IMG/VR virus record: IMGVR_UViG_3300037859_000002
Coordinates: 1 to 64,000 of that record
DNA length: 64,000 bases
Origin: a virus
Reading direction: 5' to 3' (one strand)
The position numbers and the translations under genes were made by a program. How positions within the stretch are numbered: the stretch's first letter is position 1; the number at the start of each line of letters is the position of its first letter. This document shows, in pieces, positions 20,138 to 30,824 of this stretch. The notes under the pieces are model-generated. The model was not told the origin of the DNA. It was given only the letters and a program-made list of their open reading frames with translations, and did no database searches.

Positions 20138-20300
20138 GTCGCGCGCTCCTGAAGGTTGATCCCCCGCACCCTGGCCATGGGGGGAACTGCATTCGGTGGG
20201 GTGTCGGTGCCCGACCGGCACGCCGCGGGGACTTTCGCCGCCAAGGCCACCGAGCAGCCACGCGCCCATGTGGGGGGAGCGGGCGGGGCTGCTGTCTCGT

Positions 20301-20819
20301 TCATCCCTTGGGATCCCAGCCCTTGGGCCATGGGATGAAGCTCTGGTGCCAGTCACGCAGCGGTCGGGACCAGCGCTTGCGGTCATGATCGTGATAGACC
20401 ACCTGGGCGGGAAAGCGTTCGGTGTCGACCTCATTGGCGACGCCCTGGACGCAGTAGATTTGCCCCCGATGGTGACGCCAGAAACTCCCGGCCTCGGGAA
20501 ACTCAGGGCACGGCCCTCTGGGCCTGGGGATCGGATAGAACTGGGGCACGCGCTTCAGCAGGTCCGCCTGGGCGTCCCAGACATCTACGCAATAGATCCG
20601 GTGCCTCTCGTGATCATGGTTCCATGCCCCGCTTTGGTTGCGCAGCACCAGGCTTGAGCGCAGAATCATGCCGCTGGACACGATCGCCCCGGGCTTCAGA
20701 TCCACGGGGGGGTAATCGGTCCAGGTGATGATCGTCTCGCGCAGGCTCGTATTCAACTCAAAGCCCAGGAGCAGGCCCAGGAGTTGGCCGGTCTCGCGAC
20801 TGCGGACCTCGACGTTCAC
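20301..20819 (-). CDS. DUF1653-like domain protein
   Basis: WRHHRG..Y.V..VA..VVY..WSRPL. Confidence 0.6.
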   Translation of the reverse strand: MNVEVRSRETGQLLGLLLGFELNTSLRETIITWTDYPPVDLKPGAIVSSGMILRSSLVLRNQSGAWNHDHERHRIYCVDVWDAQADLLKRVPQFYPIPRPRGPCPEFPEAGSFWRHHRGQIYCVQGVANEVDTERFPAQVVYHDHDRKRWSRPLRDWHQSFIPWPKGWDPKG

Positions 20820-21466
20820 AGGCAGGCCTTCATGCGGGCCTCGAGCGTCGCGCAGGTCCTGCGCAGCTCGGCGAGTTCGGCATCGAATTTCGCGAGGCGC
20901 TCCATCGTCGCCTTCAGGTCGCGCTCCAGGGCCTCGACCTCGGGACTGACCCGGACCGGCCCGTAGGCGGCCTCGCGGATCTGCTCGACGAAGACGCGCG
21001 GCACCTTCAGCTCGTCGGCGATCTGCTGGTCCGAGTAGCCCTCGAGATAGCGACCCTTCGCGTCGTCGAAATGCCCATCCAGTTTGGTGCGGATGAGCTG
21101 GCGCTGATGTGCCGATGGCCGGCGGTCGGTCGGAATGGGCATCGGTACGGGATCGGGCACGGTGGCCTCCTGCTTGGCGGTCTGTTTTGCGGTCCAGGCC
21201 CTGAGCTGGGCCTCGGTGTCGTTGACACGCTCGCGCCGGCGCCGGACGCAGTCGGGGCACCTGGCGCTCTTCTGATCGATCTTGGTGTCCCAGCCGAGAT
21301 CGCGGGCCCAGCTGGTGATGAACTCCGGGACCAGGCGGTTGTTGGACTTCACCTTGTGCTCGGCGTGGGCGCCGCACTGGCTGCAGACGAAGCGCGCGAC
21401 CGTGACCGGCGTGCCGGATGCCCGGGACTGCACGAGATTGAACGCCTGCGAGCGGTGAGACGACAT
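20816..21466 (-). CDS. Hypothetical Zn-ribbon phage protein
   Basis: CSQC..CPDC; coupled ORF. Confidence 0.6.
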   Translation of the reverse strand: MSSHRSQAFNLVQSRASGTPVTVARFVCSQCGAHAEHKVKSNNRLVPEFITSWARDLGWDTKIDQKSARCPDCVRRRRERVNDTEAQLRAWTAKQTAKQEATVPDPVPMPIPTDRRPSAHQRQLIRTKLDGHFDDAKGRYLEGYSDQQIADELKVPRVFVEQIREAAYGPVRVSPEVEALERDLKATMERLAKFDAELAELRRTCATLEARMKACL

Positions 21467-22660
21467 CGTCCGGCGTCAGCGGCGGTTGGTGATCGCGTTG
21501 GCGACCATGGACAGGCCCGCGCTGACTTCCTGGCCGATCATCTTGCCCAGGATGATGGCCACCGCTTCCTTCTTCAGCAGTCCGGTGACGGCGGTCTTGA
21601 TCATGTCGCCGTTGGCGCTGACGAAGTCGGACACCGCGGCCTGGAGGATCGGCTGCGCCGCCTTGATCACCTCTTCCACGAATTCGGATGGTTTGTAGCG
21701 CTTGTCCCAGCGACCGTCCTCAACCAGCCTGGGCTTGAAGAACTCCTCCTGAATGGCGCGCTCGATCAGCCCGGTAATGACCTCCTCGGGCATCAGATCG
21801 CGGATGTCTTCGCGGATCCGACCGATCAGCTTCTCCTGAAAAACCTTCTCGGAGTTCTTCACCAGCTCGTTCATCGGGCCATCCTCTGCTGCATGGGCCA
21901 GGCGAATTTCAGATGCCCCACCACGGGCGCGACCTCGGGGATCCGCAGCCCGAAGTCGCGCTCGACATGCGGGCCGCCGATCATGGCGGCGAGCACGACC
22001 CAGCCCCTCGGGAACGGCGTGGGCACCAGGCCCTTGCTGCGAATCACCGGGCACAGCTGCATCGCCCGGTCGGCGCAGGCGCGGTGCACCGGCGCCTCGG
22101 TCGTCACCAGGTGGCCGCTCATCACTGTCCGCATGTCGAAGTGCCAGCGGTCGGCCGGGGCGGTCTTCTCGCCGCAGACGGTGCAGCGCCGTTCGCTCAC
22201 AGAGCGGCGCTGGCGCACCATGTGCGGGGCCGCGAACTGGGGCCGCCCCGTGCCTGGCGCGTGCGGCTGCCAGATCGCGGGGCGGCCCTGGGCCCAGCGA
22301 CATGGGCGCACCTCGTAGCGGTCCTCGCCGCTCCACGACGCATTCCAGGGCGCGATCTCGACGGCCATCATCGGGTGGCCCCGGCGCTCAGGCGCTCTAC
22401 GGCGGCCGTGCAGCGACGGCATCGGTCCTCGATGAACGTATCGAGGCCCCAGCCGTGTGAGGGCACCAGGCCGCACAGGCTCGGGTGCAAGCGCAGGCTG
22501 GACAGCTTGGTGGTCGGGCTGGCCTTCACCGCATGGAGCTTCCAGCCGCGCTGGCCGGCGTCATGCCCTGTTGCGGGCGACCGCGGGTTCGGTTGCGTGG
22601 TGAGCCATGCCATGGTCATGCCGCATAGCACATCAAAATGTGTTTTTTGGCAGTGGCGCA

Positions 22661-23245
22661 TCAGTCGTCTTCCAGCATCGGAAACGCCGGTGGTTGCGCC
22701 AGGCTCTTGGGCGTCGCAAGCGCGGCCTGGACCTCCTGCAGGTTCAGGGTGGGCATCAGACCCTCGACAGTCGGCAGCGACGCCAGGAACGTCTGTGCCG
22801 CGTCCGAGGTCAGCCCATCGGTCCACAGCCGCTCCTGGGCCTGGACCGAGGCGCGCTCGATCTCAAGCCGGGCCGAGGCCTCGATCTGTTCGATCCGGCG
22901 CTTGGCCAGGCGGCGCATCTGCTGGCGCTCGCCCTCCATGGCGTTGCGGCCCCTCGCATACCACTGCACGGACAGGTCGGGGGCGAATTGGGCGGGGATG
23001 CCCAGCTCGCCGCAGCGCTCGGCGATGCGACCGCGGGCCATGGCCACGGCCTCCTTCGCGAATTCCGCCGCGGCCTGCCAGATCGCGTCCTCGTCATAGG
23101 CATACTGGCGGTCGAGCTGGGCTTCGAAGTCGGCCATCAGGGCGGCGGAGCGCGCCGAGGCCATGCTCTTGGCCACCCGCTCGCGCGAGCGGACGAGCTT
23201 CAGCATATCCTCACGGTCGCGACGGGACAGCGGTTCGGCGCTCAT
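22661..23245 (-). CDS. Hypothetical phage protein
   Basis: Long coupled ORF. Confidence 0.6.
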   Translation of the reverse strand: MSAEPLSRRDREDMLKLVRSRERVAKSMASARSAALMADFEAQLDRQYAYDEDAIWQAAAEFAKEAVAMARGRIAERCGELGIPAQFAPDLSVQWYARGRNAMEGERQQMRRLAKRRIEQIEASARLEIERASVQAQERLWTDGLTSDAAQTFLASLPTVEGLMPTLNLQEVQAALATPKSLAQPPAFPMLEDD

Positions 23246-23444
23246 TCAAGCCTCGTCACGTCGACGCGCGCACCCATGACGGAGGCCAAGATCTCGACCA
23301 CGCCTTCGGCGTCCTTGGCGTAGTGGGATGAGACCGTCCTGAACGAGCCGCCGGCAATCAGTTCGACCAGGTAGCCGTTGTTGATGGTGCGGATCCTCAG
23401 CTCCCATTTTTCTCCAGCATCCTTCAGCGTGCTGTTGTTCATGT

Positions 23445-24044
23445 TCATGCCGCCTTCAAATCGAGCCTGTGCCAGAGACGCATCAGGGCGACGAACCGTT
23501 CTTCGAACAGCGCAGTGTCCGCCCAGGGGCCAAGGTCAAGCCTCTGTTGAGACGGGGCCGGCAGATCCATCCATGGGCGCGGTGGACGGCTCATCAGCTG
23601 GTCCTTTTCCGTCGCGAGCAGCACCAGGTCGGCGCGCTTGATCTCCACGCAGGTCGCGTCCGGGAGCAGGCGGGGCAAGCCGAAGCGGGCATGGATGGCC
23701 TGCTGCACCATCGCCTGGATCGTCTTGATGCCCGATCCACTGAGGGCCGCCTGCATGGGGCTGATGATGTCGCCCGTATAGGCCTCGTGCGCATCGTGCA
23801 GCAGCGCAGCCAGGCGCTCGGCCTCTAGCGGCAGCGCCCCGGTCGGCACGAGCTCGCGCTCCACCGCGACGGAGTGTGCCGCCACCGACCATGGCAGAAG
23901 GGTGTGGCCGTTGAAGCGCGGCAGGCGGTTCAGGGCCATGGCGATGTCCTTGATGTCGATCTGCTCGAGCTGGGGTGCCAGCAGATCGACGGCCCTGCCC
24001 GAATAGGTCTGCGCCCAGGGCGCGCACTTGATGTCGTCAGGCAT
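23445..24044 (-). CDS. HD-domain phosphohydrolase (YfbR-like)
   Basis: RFNGHT..SVAAHS..LLHDAHEAYTGDI..IKRAD. Confidence 0.88.
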   Translation of the reverse strand: MPDDIKCAPWAQTYSGRAVDLLAPQLEQIDIKDIAMALNRLPRFNGHTLLPWSVAAHSVAVERELVPTGALPLEAERLAALLHDAHEAYTGDIISPMQAALSGSGIKTIQAMVQQAIHARFGLPRLLPDATCVEIKRADLVLLATEKDQLMSRPPRPWMDLPAPSQQRLDLGPWADTALFEERFVALMRLWHRLDLKAA

Positions 24045-25137
24045 CGATGACCTCGTGCGTGCGCGGCGCCTCGTTGTGCTCGCGGCCGTCGAGCAGGCGG
24101 CCGGCGGCGCGCTTGCCGACCCGGATCATCGCGCCGCCCATGCGGTCGTCCGGATCGTAGAAGTGCCACCGCGGCCCTTTCGGGTCGCCGTCCGCGTCGA
24201 ACATGTCGGGGCCTGGTGCGCGACCTGCCGCGGTGGCCGCGCGCTCGTCCAACCACTCGCCGTTCTGCTTGTGAAAATACGCCACCCCGTCTGCCTGGCA
24301 CTGATTGCGCAGGCTTCGGAACCAGTCCGGGTGTGAGGGGCGCGCGCCGGGGCCGCTTTCGCCGCCGGCGATCACCCAGTCGATGCGGCTGCCATAATCG
24401 AACTTGAATCCGTGGTCACGCTGGAATGAGCGATGACTGCCGCACTGAGGGCAGGATGGTTTGGCCTGCTGATCGTCAGCGTCGCAGACCTTGCAAGCGT
24501 CTGCCGGAAATGCGTCGCGCGTTCCGCACTGACCACAACCATCCGGTCCAGCGTCATCCTCACAGCCGTGGAACTCGCAGTCGGCGCAGGTCCAGGGGGA
24601 CAGCCACTTGCGCAGGTCCATCGGCCCCAGCAGCGGCTCGCACGACAGAAACCGCACGGCTGCCGGAACCGCCAGCAAGTGCGGGATACGGCGGTCGGCC
24701 TCGGCTTGGTTCTCGACCGTGGTGCCCAGCCGGACGTTGGGCCAACCGTCGCCCCAGTCCGCCGGCAGGTAGCGCTGGATCATCTGCGGGCGCTTGGTCA
24801 GCAGCAGCCAGTCGAGCCGCGGGGTGTCTCGGATCGTTTGCCACAGGCGCGCCCGCGACGCCTCAAGTTCCGGGCGGTTTTCGAACACGTCGGCCATCGA
24901 CGCGCAGAACACGCGGTAGCGGCGGCCAAGGCGCTTGGCTTTGCGGTTCCAGGCATGCGGGTTTTCCCACGTGGCGTCGCCGGCGATCCGGCGCTCCGCG
25001 TGCGGTCCCCACTGTACGCCCCACCGGCGCGCCCAGGTCTGGGCGTAGCAGTGATCGCAGGCGGCCGAGACCTTGGTGCAGCCCCACCACGGTGAAAACG
25101 TGTGGTCGGCCCATTCGATGGTGGTGTTCTGGCCCAT
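24037..25137 (-). CDS. Phage Gp37/Gp68 (DUF5131) radical-SAM-like protein
   Basis: TIEWADHT, GCTKVSAACDHCYA, LLTKRP, SCEPLLG, WVIAGGESG. Confidence 0.92.
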   Translation of the reverse strand: MGQNTTIEWADHTFSPWWGCTKVSAACDHCYAQTWARRWGVQWGPHAERRIAGDATWENPHAWNRKAKRLGRRYRVFCASMADVFENRPELEASRARLWQTIRDTPRLDWLLLTKRPQMIQRYLPADWGDGWPNVRLGTTVENQAEADRRIPHLLAVPAAVRFLSCEPLLGPMDLRKWLSPWTCADCEFHGCEDDAGPDGCGQCGTRDAFPADACKVCDADDQQAKPSCPQCGSHRSFQRDHGFKFDYGSRIDWVIAGGESGPGARPSHPDWFRSLRNQCQADGVAYFHKQNGEWLDERAATAAGRAPGPDMFDADGDPKGPRWHFYDPDDRMGGAMIRVGKRAAGRLLDGREHNEAPRTHEVIDA

Positions 25138-26639
25138 CAGGTTTCGATCTCCGGTGCGTAGTCTCCGGGGCGTGCAAACATCAGCGCGCCATCGGGCCCG
25201 CGCCACGTTGAAGCGACCGCCGCCAGAACGTTTGTGCCGGCCCGGCCGTCGTAGGCGTTCGGATCGACGCGCAGCTGATACCGTTTCGTGCTGCCATCCG
25301 GCTCGGGGGTCGAGTTGAGCAGGTCGACCATCACGATCACTTCGTCGTCCGCAACCTCGCGGCGGAGCAGGCGCGCACTGCGCAGGCCCTTGATGGGGTG
25401 ATCCGCCGGCGCCTCTGACACGACGGTCGTGCCGGTCTCGGTCAGCCAGCGGGCAAGACCGAAGCGATCAAGCATGACGCGGCGCACCTCTGCGTTGGTT
25501 TCGTCTTCGATGTGCTGCTCCGTCAGCTTCTCCGGCTGCTCGATCACCCAGGCTGGCACGCGCACTCCATGAACCGAATAGAGCGCGGCCCCGTCGCGCC
25601 AGCGGCAGAACGGGCCATCGTCGCGATGGGGGCGATGTTCGCCGTCAACCATCAGGATCTCGGGGCGGTCGCTGATCATGCAGAAGTCGGGGTGCATGAT
25701 GCGCGGTCCGCTGTGCAGGGACAGGGTTTCCCAATGTTCCCAGGCGGAGTAGTCGATAGGCAGGCGCGCAACGTGACGGAAAAAACTGAGATAGCTGTCA
25801 TATGCGGACCACTGATTGCCGCCCTGCCACATCTGCCAGGTGCGCGCAGCGCACTGGATTCCGAAGTCGCCCAGGCCCATGACTTTGGCCAGGGCGCGCA
25901 TGTCGGCGCCGACGAAATACCATTGGGATAGATCGTCTGCGGCCATGGTCGCGACCATGGCCGCGTCCCTGGCCGCGGCCTTCGTCGCGGCCCTGGTCGC
26001 GTCCGTGGTCGCGACCTCGGTCGCCTCCCTGGTCGCGGCCCCGGTCGCGTCCCACGTCGCGGCCGTGACCGCGTCCCTGGTCGCGCGCCACGTCGCGGCC
26101 GTGGTCGCGGCCTCAGTCGCGGCCTCAGTCGCGTCCGTGATCGCGGCATCCGTCGCGTCCGTGGTCGCGTCCCTGGTCGCGGCCTCCGTCGCGGCCTCCG
26201 TCGCGGCCCACGCCGCCGCCTCAGTCGCGTCCGTGGTCGCGTCCGTGGTCGCGGCCCTGGTCGCGGCCCTGGTCGCGGCCCGCGTCGCGGCATTGGTCGC
26301 TGCCGCGGTCGCGACCCTGGTCGCGGCTATCGTCGCGGCCGTGGTCGCGTCCGTGGTCGCGGCGCTGGTCTCAACGTCATCTTTTCTCAGATGCCAGATC
26401 GCCGCCGAGAATCCGCCCGCAAAGGCGAGCGTCATCGGCGACGGCACAAAAACGATGTGCTTCGGCGGCGGAAGCTTTGCCGCGGCGTAGAGCCCGATGA
26501 CCGCGCGACGGCAGATCTCACGATCGGCTTCGGTCATCGCCTTCGTAGACATGGCGTTGGCGATCCACCGATCGCACCAGGGCGCAAGCTGCTCGCGATG
26601 CCCTGGCGTCAGTTCGTATAGAGCCTTGTGCCTGGCCAT
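25137..26639 (-). CDS. DUF6745-like protein with Ala/Thr low-complexity tract
   Basis: ISDRP..HRDDGP..W.DG..VHGVRVP, ETNAEVRR, NSTPEPDG. Confidence 0.8.
   Translation of the reverse strand: MARHKALYELTPGHREQLAPWCDRWIANAMSTKAMTEADREICRRAVIGLYAAAKLPPPKHIVFVPSPMTLAFAGGFSAAIWHLRKDDVETSAATTDATTAATIAATRVATAAATNAATRAATRAATRAATTDATTDATEAAAWAATEAATEAATRDATTDATDAAITDATEAATEAATTAATWRATRDAVTAATWDATGAATREATEVATTDATRAATKAAARDAAMVATMAADDLSQWYFVGADMRALAKVMGLGDFGIQCAARTWQMWQGGNQWSAYDSYLSFFRHVARLPIDYSAWEHWETLSLHSGPRIMHPDFCMISDRPEILMVDGEHRPHRDDGPFCRWRDGAALYSVHGVRVPAWVIEQPEKLTEQHIEDETNAEVRRVMLDRFGLARWLTETGTTVVSEAPADHPIKGLRSARLLRREVADDEVIVMVDLLNSTPEPDGSTKRYQLRVDPNAYDGRAGTNVLAAVASTWRGPDGALMFARPGDYAPEIET
25946..26366 (-). 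repeat. Degenerate 12-nt tandem repeat encoding xxAT
   Basis: (GTCGCG(G/T)CCnnn)n. Confidence 0.85.
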
Positions 26640-26641
26640 GG

Positions 26642-26980
26642 TCAGTCATCCACGCGACGGATCTCTGCCGGCGTGTATTCCACCTGCACGGGCATCTGAT
26701 AGATGCCCGGCGGCAGCATGATCGTGTCGTGCTTCTGATGCTCGAGCGCGACCGCCGGCCCCTCGGCCACGACCAGGTAGGCGCCGCCGGCGGGGTCGTG
26801 GAAAAGCGCGATGCGACCGTCGCTCAGATCCAGGCTGTGGTGGTGCCCGGTGGCCTCGCCGTAGGCCAGCACCACACGCCCGGGCACCGTGCCCTGGTGC
26901 GCCAGCGCTGCGCCAGCGGGCAGCCTACCGATCGTGTTCAGCAGCACGTCCCCCTGGCGGAATTGGTTGGTCTTGGTCAT
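26642..26980 (-). CDS. Conserved partner of DUF6745 (RQGDV..GEATGHHH)
   Basis: RQGDVLL, LAYGEATGHHH, H.KH..LPPG.Y..QVEY. Confidence 0.75.
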   Translation of the reverse strand: MTKTNQFRQGDVLLNTIGRLPAGAALAHQGTVPGRVVLAYGEATGHHHSLDLSDGRIALFHDPAGGAYLVVAEGPAVALEHQKHDTIMLPPGIYQMPVQVEYTPAEIRRVDD

Positions 26981-27438
26981 GGCGCGTCTCCTTCGGTGAA
27001 AAAACATTCTCGCTCGAGCGCGGCGGTTACCACACCTGGCCGCTGCATTCGATGCACCTGGCGCCGCGCTTGAGCAGCGCGACCTGCTCGCGCAGCTCCT
27101 TGCGGTCCTGCACCACGCGGCGCAGCAGCGTTGCCAGTCGCACCATGTCGGCGCTGGTGCGACTGACGAAGCGGGCGGCTTCCTCGCATTCTTCGTCGGT
27201 CGGCGCCGGACCGCGGATCATTGCGGGCGCTCCTGATCGCCCGCGGGTGCGGTCACGACCAGGGAGAGCCTCATGGTCCAGCCGTCCTTGATGTTCCACT
27301 CGACGCGATCTTCAACCTCCGAAATGAATTCGTTCAGAGCGCCGGCCAGCTCTGGCAGTCGCTCCAGCATCTTGTTCAAGGCGGTGCGAACGGCATCGTT
27401 CAGCCCGTTGATCGGGAACGGATGATCAGGCATTCGGC

Positions 27439-27693
27439 TCACACCTCCAGCGCGCGGCGATAGAGCTCGAGCAGCGTGTCCTGCTCCTGCAGCGTGTCCG
27501 GATCGAGCGCCCGCAGCTTGATCACCAGGCGCAGGATCTTGACGTCGAAGCCCGCGCTCTTGGCCTCGGCGAAGACGTCCTTGATGTCGGCGGAGAGGGC
27601 CTTCTTCTCCTCCTCGAGACGCTCGATGCGCTCGACGATGCTCTGCAGCCGGTCGGCCGCCACACCACCGACGTCCTTGGTCTTGTCAGCCAT
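27439..27693 (-). CDS. DUF2312 / GapR-like nucleoid-associated protein
   Basis: LQSIVERIERLEEEKKALSADIKDVFAEAKSAGFDVK. Confidence 0.92.
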   Translation of the reverse strand: MADKTKDVGGVAADRLQSIVERIERLEEEKKALSADIKDVFAEAKSAGFDVKILRLVIKLRALDPDTLQEQDTLLELYRRALEV

Positions 27694-29418
27694 GGTCGGG
27701 CTCCTGCAGCGCCTTGGTGAAGGCGGCGCTGTCTTCGTGACTCAGCCTGCGCATCTCGACGGCATTGAGCAGGGCCGGCAGCGCGGTGATGCCCGCCGCG
27801 ATAAGAGCGGCGTCGTGCTGGTCAATGTCCTCGCCGTCGGGATCCGAGCAGTCGCAGACCGTGCGGCCAGTTTTGTCATGCTCGATCGCGCCCGGCGTGT
27901 TTTTGCTCACGATCCCGCTGACCACCAGGCCGTTCTCAACCCAATGGGTCCAAGGCGTGGGCGTCGCGCGCGACAACAACGTCCTGAGCTCCGCGATCTT
28001 CTGGGTCGTGACGCAGGGCGGGCTCGCCTTGAGTGCGCGGTGTGCCTCCAGCGCGGCGTGGGCGCGACCGCGGGCGGCATGGAGAGCCATGGCGTCACTG
28101 CTTTGGGTCTCGAAATCGCCGGACCTCACAGACTGCTGCGCGTCGACTGCGGCCAGCAGATCGGCCAGTGCGGCGGGCAGGTCGGGGAAGCTCACTTACC
28201 TGCCCCTTCGCCGCCGAAAAGATGACCTTCCAAAATTCCGTTGGGGCCGAGCGGGCTCTCGGGCCGCCCCCTCCCGCGCGGCACTTCCGGCGCGATCGTC
28301 TTCATCGACGAATCTGTCGGCGCCAACTCGACCCTGACCTCGTGGGCAAACACCATCCACGAGGGGACCTTCACCATCAAAATGCCGCCGAACACGGTGT
28401 GGTTGACCTCGACCATGCCGCTGCGCTCGATCGTGTAGCTGTAGAGCTTCAGCCGCCTGGTCCCGGTCTTCATCACCAGGGCCATGTCGCTCTCGCTGCC
28501 CCGGCTCAGGCGTTTACCCTTGGGATCGTGGCGCAGCTGCAGCACCCCGGCGTCGCGACCCGTGCCCTGGTCGACGATGATCAGCTCGCCCGCGGTCCAG
28601 CCGAGGCTGGCCACGACCTGGGCGCCGAAACGGAAGCACAGCGCGCGCTCTCCCCCGCTCGGGTACAGCCCGATGCAGACGTTGTGCTCGGTGCCGACCG
28701 TCGAGCGCGATGCCCGCCCGGTCTCCATGGGTTCGAACGGCATACTCAGTCCTCCGGTGTGGGATCGGTTGGGGGTGGCACGTCGCTGCCGACGGCGGCG
28801 GCCACATCGGCCAGGAGCTTGCGCAGCTCGGGGCTCTGCCGCCGCGCCTCGCTTCGGCTCGCCCGCTCCTGGGGGATCGGTCGAGCCGGCACCTCGGGCG
28901 TGCCCCGCGGCGTCAGCAGGGTCACCAGCTGGGCGGCCGCGGCGAGAAGGAGGCCATCGCGCTCGGCCAGCCCGCGCCTCGACAGATCGGAGGCCAGGGC
29001 CATCGTCCGTTGCTCGATCTCAGACACGGGCGGCCCTCCTGGTGGCCTGGATGGTGCGCCAGACCTCGATGCGGATTTCGTGGAACTTCTGCTTGGCGCG
29101 GCTGACCTCGTAGGCGGCCGCGGACTCCACCTGATCTTCGATGGCGCGGCGGTATTGGTCCGATGCCTCGGCAATGCGCGCCGCCGCCTCCAGGCCCAGC
29201 CTCTTGTACTGGTTGGCGACCTGAGAGCGGACCCGGCGCCGGAGCTCCTCGTTGCGGATCATGTTGCCCTTCTGGTCGCCCAGGACCTCGGCGACGTCGC
29301 GCAGGAAGTCCAGGCTCTCATCGACATCGGCGTCGGTGACGATGTCGCGCACCTGCGTTACCACATCGTTGTGGGGTTCACGGTCGCGCTTCGGACTGCT
29401 CCAGTTCATGGCCCTGCC

Positions 29419-29886
29419 TCAGAAGGGGATGTCGTCGTCGTGCGCCGGAGCGCGCTTGCGATCCCAGCCAGCCTGGCCGTTTCCGTTCTTCGTTGGCGCC
29501 CTCGGCGCGGGCCGCTGCTGGCCACCGTCATCCGCCTTCGGGTCGAGTACCACCAGGTCGCCACGAAAGCGGCCGACCACGACCTCGAAGGCCTCGCGCT
29601 CGGTGCCGTCCTGGGCCTGGTATTTTCGGCCCTCGAGCTGGCCCTCGACGTAGACCTTGCTGCCCTTGCGCAGGTACTTCTCAGCCACATCGGCCAGGGT
29701 CTCGTTGAAGATCGCAATGCGGTGCCACTGGGTTTTTTCCCGACGCTCGCCGCTGGCCTTGTCGGTCCAGCTCTCGCTCGTCGCGACCGAGAAGCCGACG
29801 ATCTTGCCGCCCGCCTGGGTGTTGCGGGCCTCGGGATCCCGGCCGAGATTGCCGACCAGGATGACCTTGTTGATCGAGTAGCTCAT
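29419..29886 (-). CDS. ssb: Single-stranded DNA-binding protein
   Basis: INKVILVGNLGRDPE..DDDIPF. Confidence 0.97.
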   Translation of the reverse strand: MSYSINKVILVGNLGRDPEARNTQAGGKIVGFSVATSESWTDKASGERREKTQWHRIAIFNETLADVAEKYLRKGSKVYVEGQLEGRKYQAQDGTEREAFEVVVGRFRGDLVVLDPKADDGGQQRPAPRAPTKNGNGQAGWDRKRAPAHDDDIPF

Positions 29887-30824
29887 GCTGCATCCTTCTG
29901 CGTCGCCGGTTCATCCGGCTCGACGAGCTTGCCATCGATCTCGGCGCTCGCGACCTCGCCGGTCCTGTCGTTGGCGCGGTTGAATTTCACATTCGGCCAG
30001 GTGTGGGCCGCCGCCTCGGCCACCATCTCGGCGTACCCCGTGTTCTGGCGCGCGATGGCCACCAGATCCGGATAGCGCCGGATCCAGAGCCGTGCGGCCT
30101 CGACCTGGTTGTCCGCCTTCGTGAATTCATCCATCAGCTCGCGCGACCTGGCCTCGACGCCGTCATCGGGTTCCGCCCTGGGCTTGGGCGCCGGCCGCTC
30201 ACGCGAGCTGGTGCGCCTGGGCGCCGGGTCGTTCGCGGGAGGTGCCTCCTGCTCATCGCGCGCGGGGCGGAGCCCGGTCTGGGCCTCGTTGCCCTGGCTC
30301 TTGTGACCGTCATCATCCTCCTCGGCGGCCAGACCGGTGATCATCTGAACGCCGTAACGACGGGCGTAGGTGGCCGCCCCCCCGTAACGCTGCGCGTTGA
30401 CGAATTCGCCCAGGAACATCGGGGTCTCGCTCTCGATCCACTGTCCGGACGCGTGGATCAGGCGCGTGAGCATCACATGCTTGCCCGGTCCCACCTGGAC
30501 GGGCGCCTGGACCAGAGCGATCTCGTTCTCGGAGAGGGGCTTGCGGATGCACGCGAGCACGTCCGCCAGGGTGGCATACGTGTAGGTCTCGGCCCGCTTG
30601 GTGCCCGTGGCGCGGTCCTTGAACTCCACGGTCGCCTGGGCCGCGCGCTTGAGCTCCGGGAAGGCGCCCTGGGCCCTGGCAAGGGCGCCGGCCACCTGGT
30701 CGAATTCGGGGCTGGTGCGAATTGTCGGCGCCGGCTTCTGCACCGAGACATGCACGGGGGCGCCAGCGGCGGGCGCCTCCTCGGGATACGCGGGAGGCGG
30801 CCCCGGATCGTTGTCGTAGCTCAT
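29883..30824 (-). CDS. ERF family ssDNA-annealing protein
   Basis: YATLADV, TRLIHASGQW, GGAATYARRY, EDDDG. Confidence 0.9.
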   Translation of the reverse strand: MSYDNDPGPPPAYPEEAPAAGAPVHVSVQKPAPTIRTSPEFDQVAGALARAQGAFPELKRAAQATVEFKDRATGTKRAETYTYATLADVLACIRKPLSENEIALVQAPVQVGPGKHVMLTRLIHASGQWIESETPMFLGEFVNAQRYGGAATYARRYGVQMITGLAAEEDDDGHKSQGNEAQTGLRPARDEQEAPPANDPAPRRTSSRERPAPKPRAEPDDGVEARSRELMDEFTKADNQVEAARLWIRRYPDLVAIARQNTGYAEMVAEAAAHTWPNVKFNRANDRTGEVASAEIDGKLVEPDEPATQKDAA

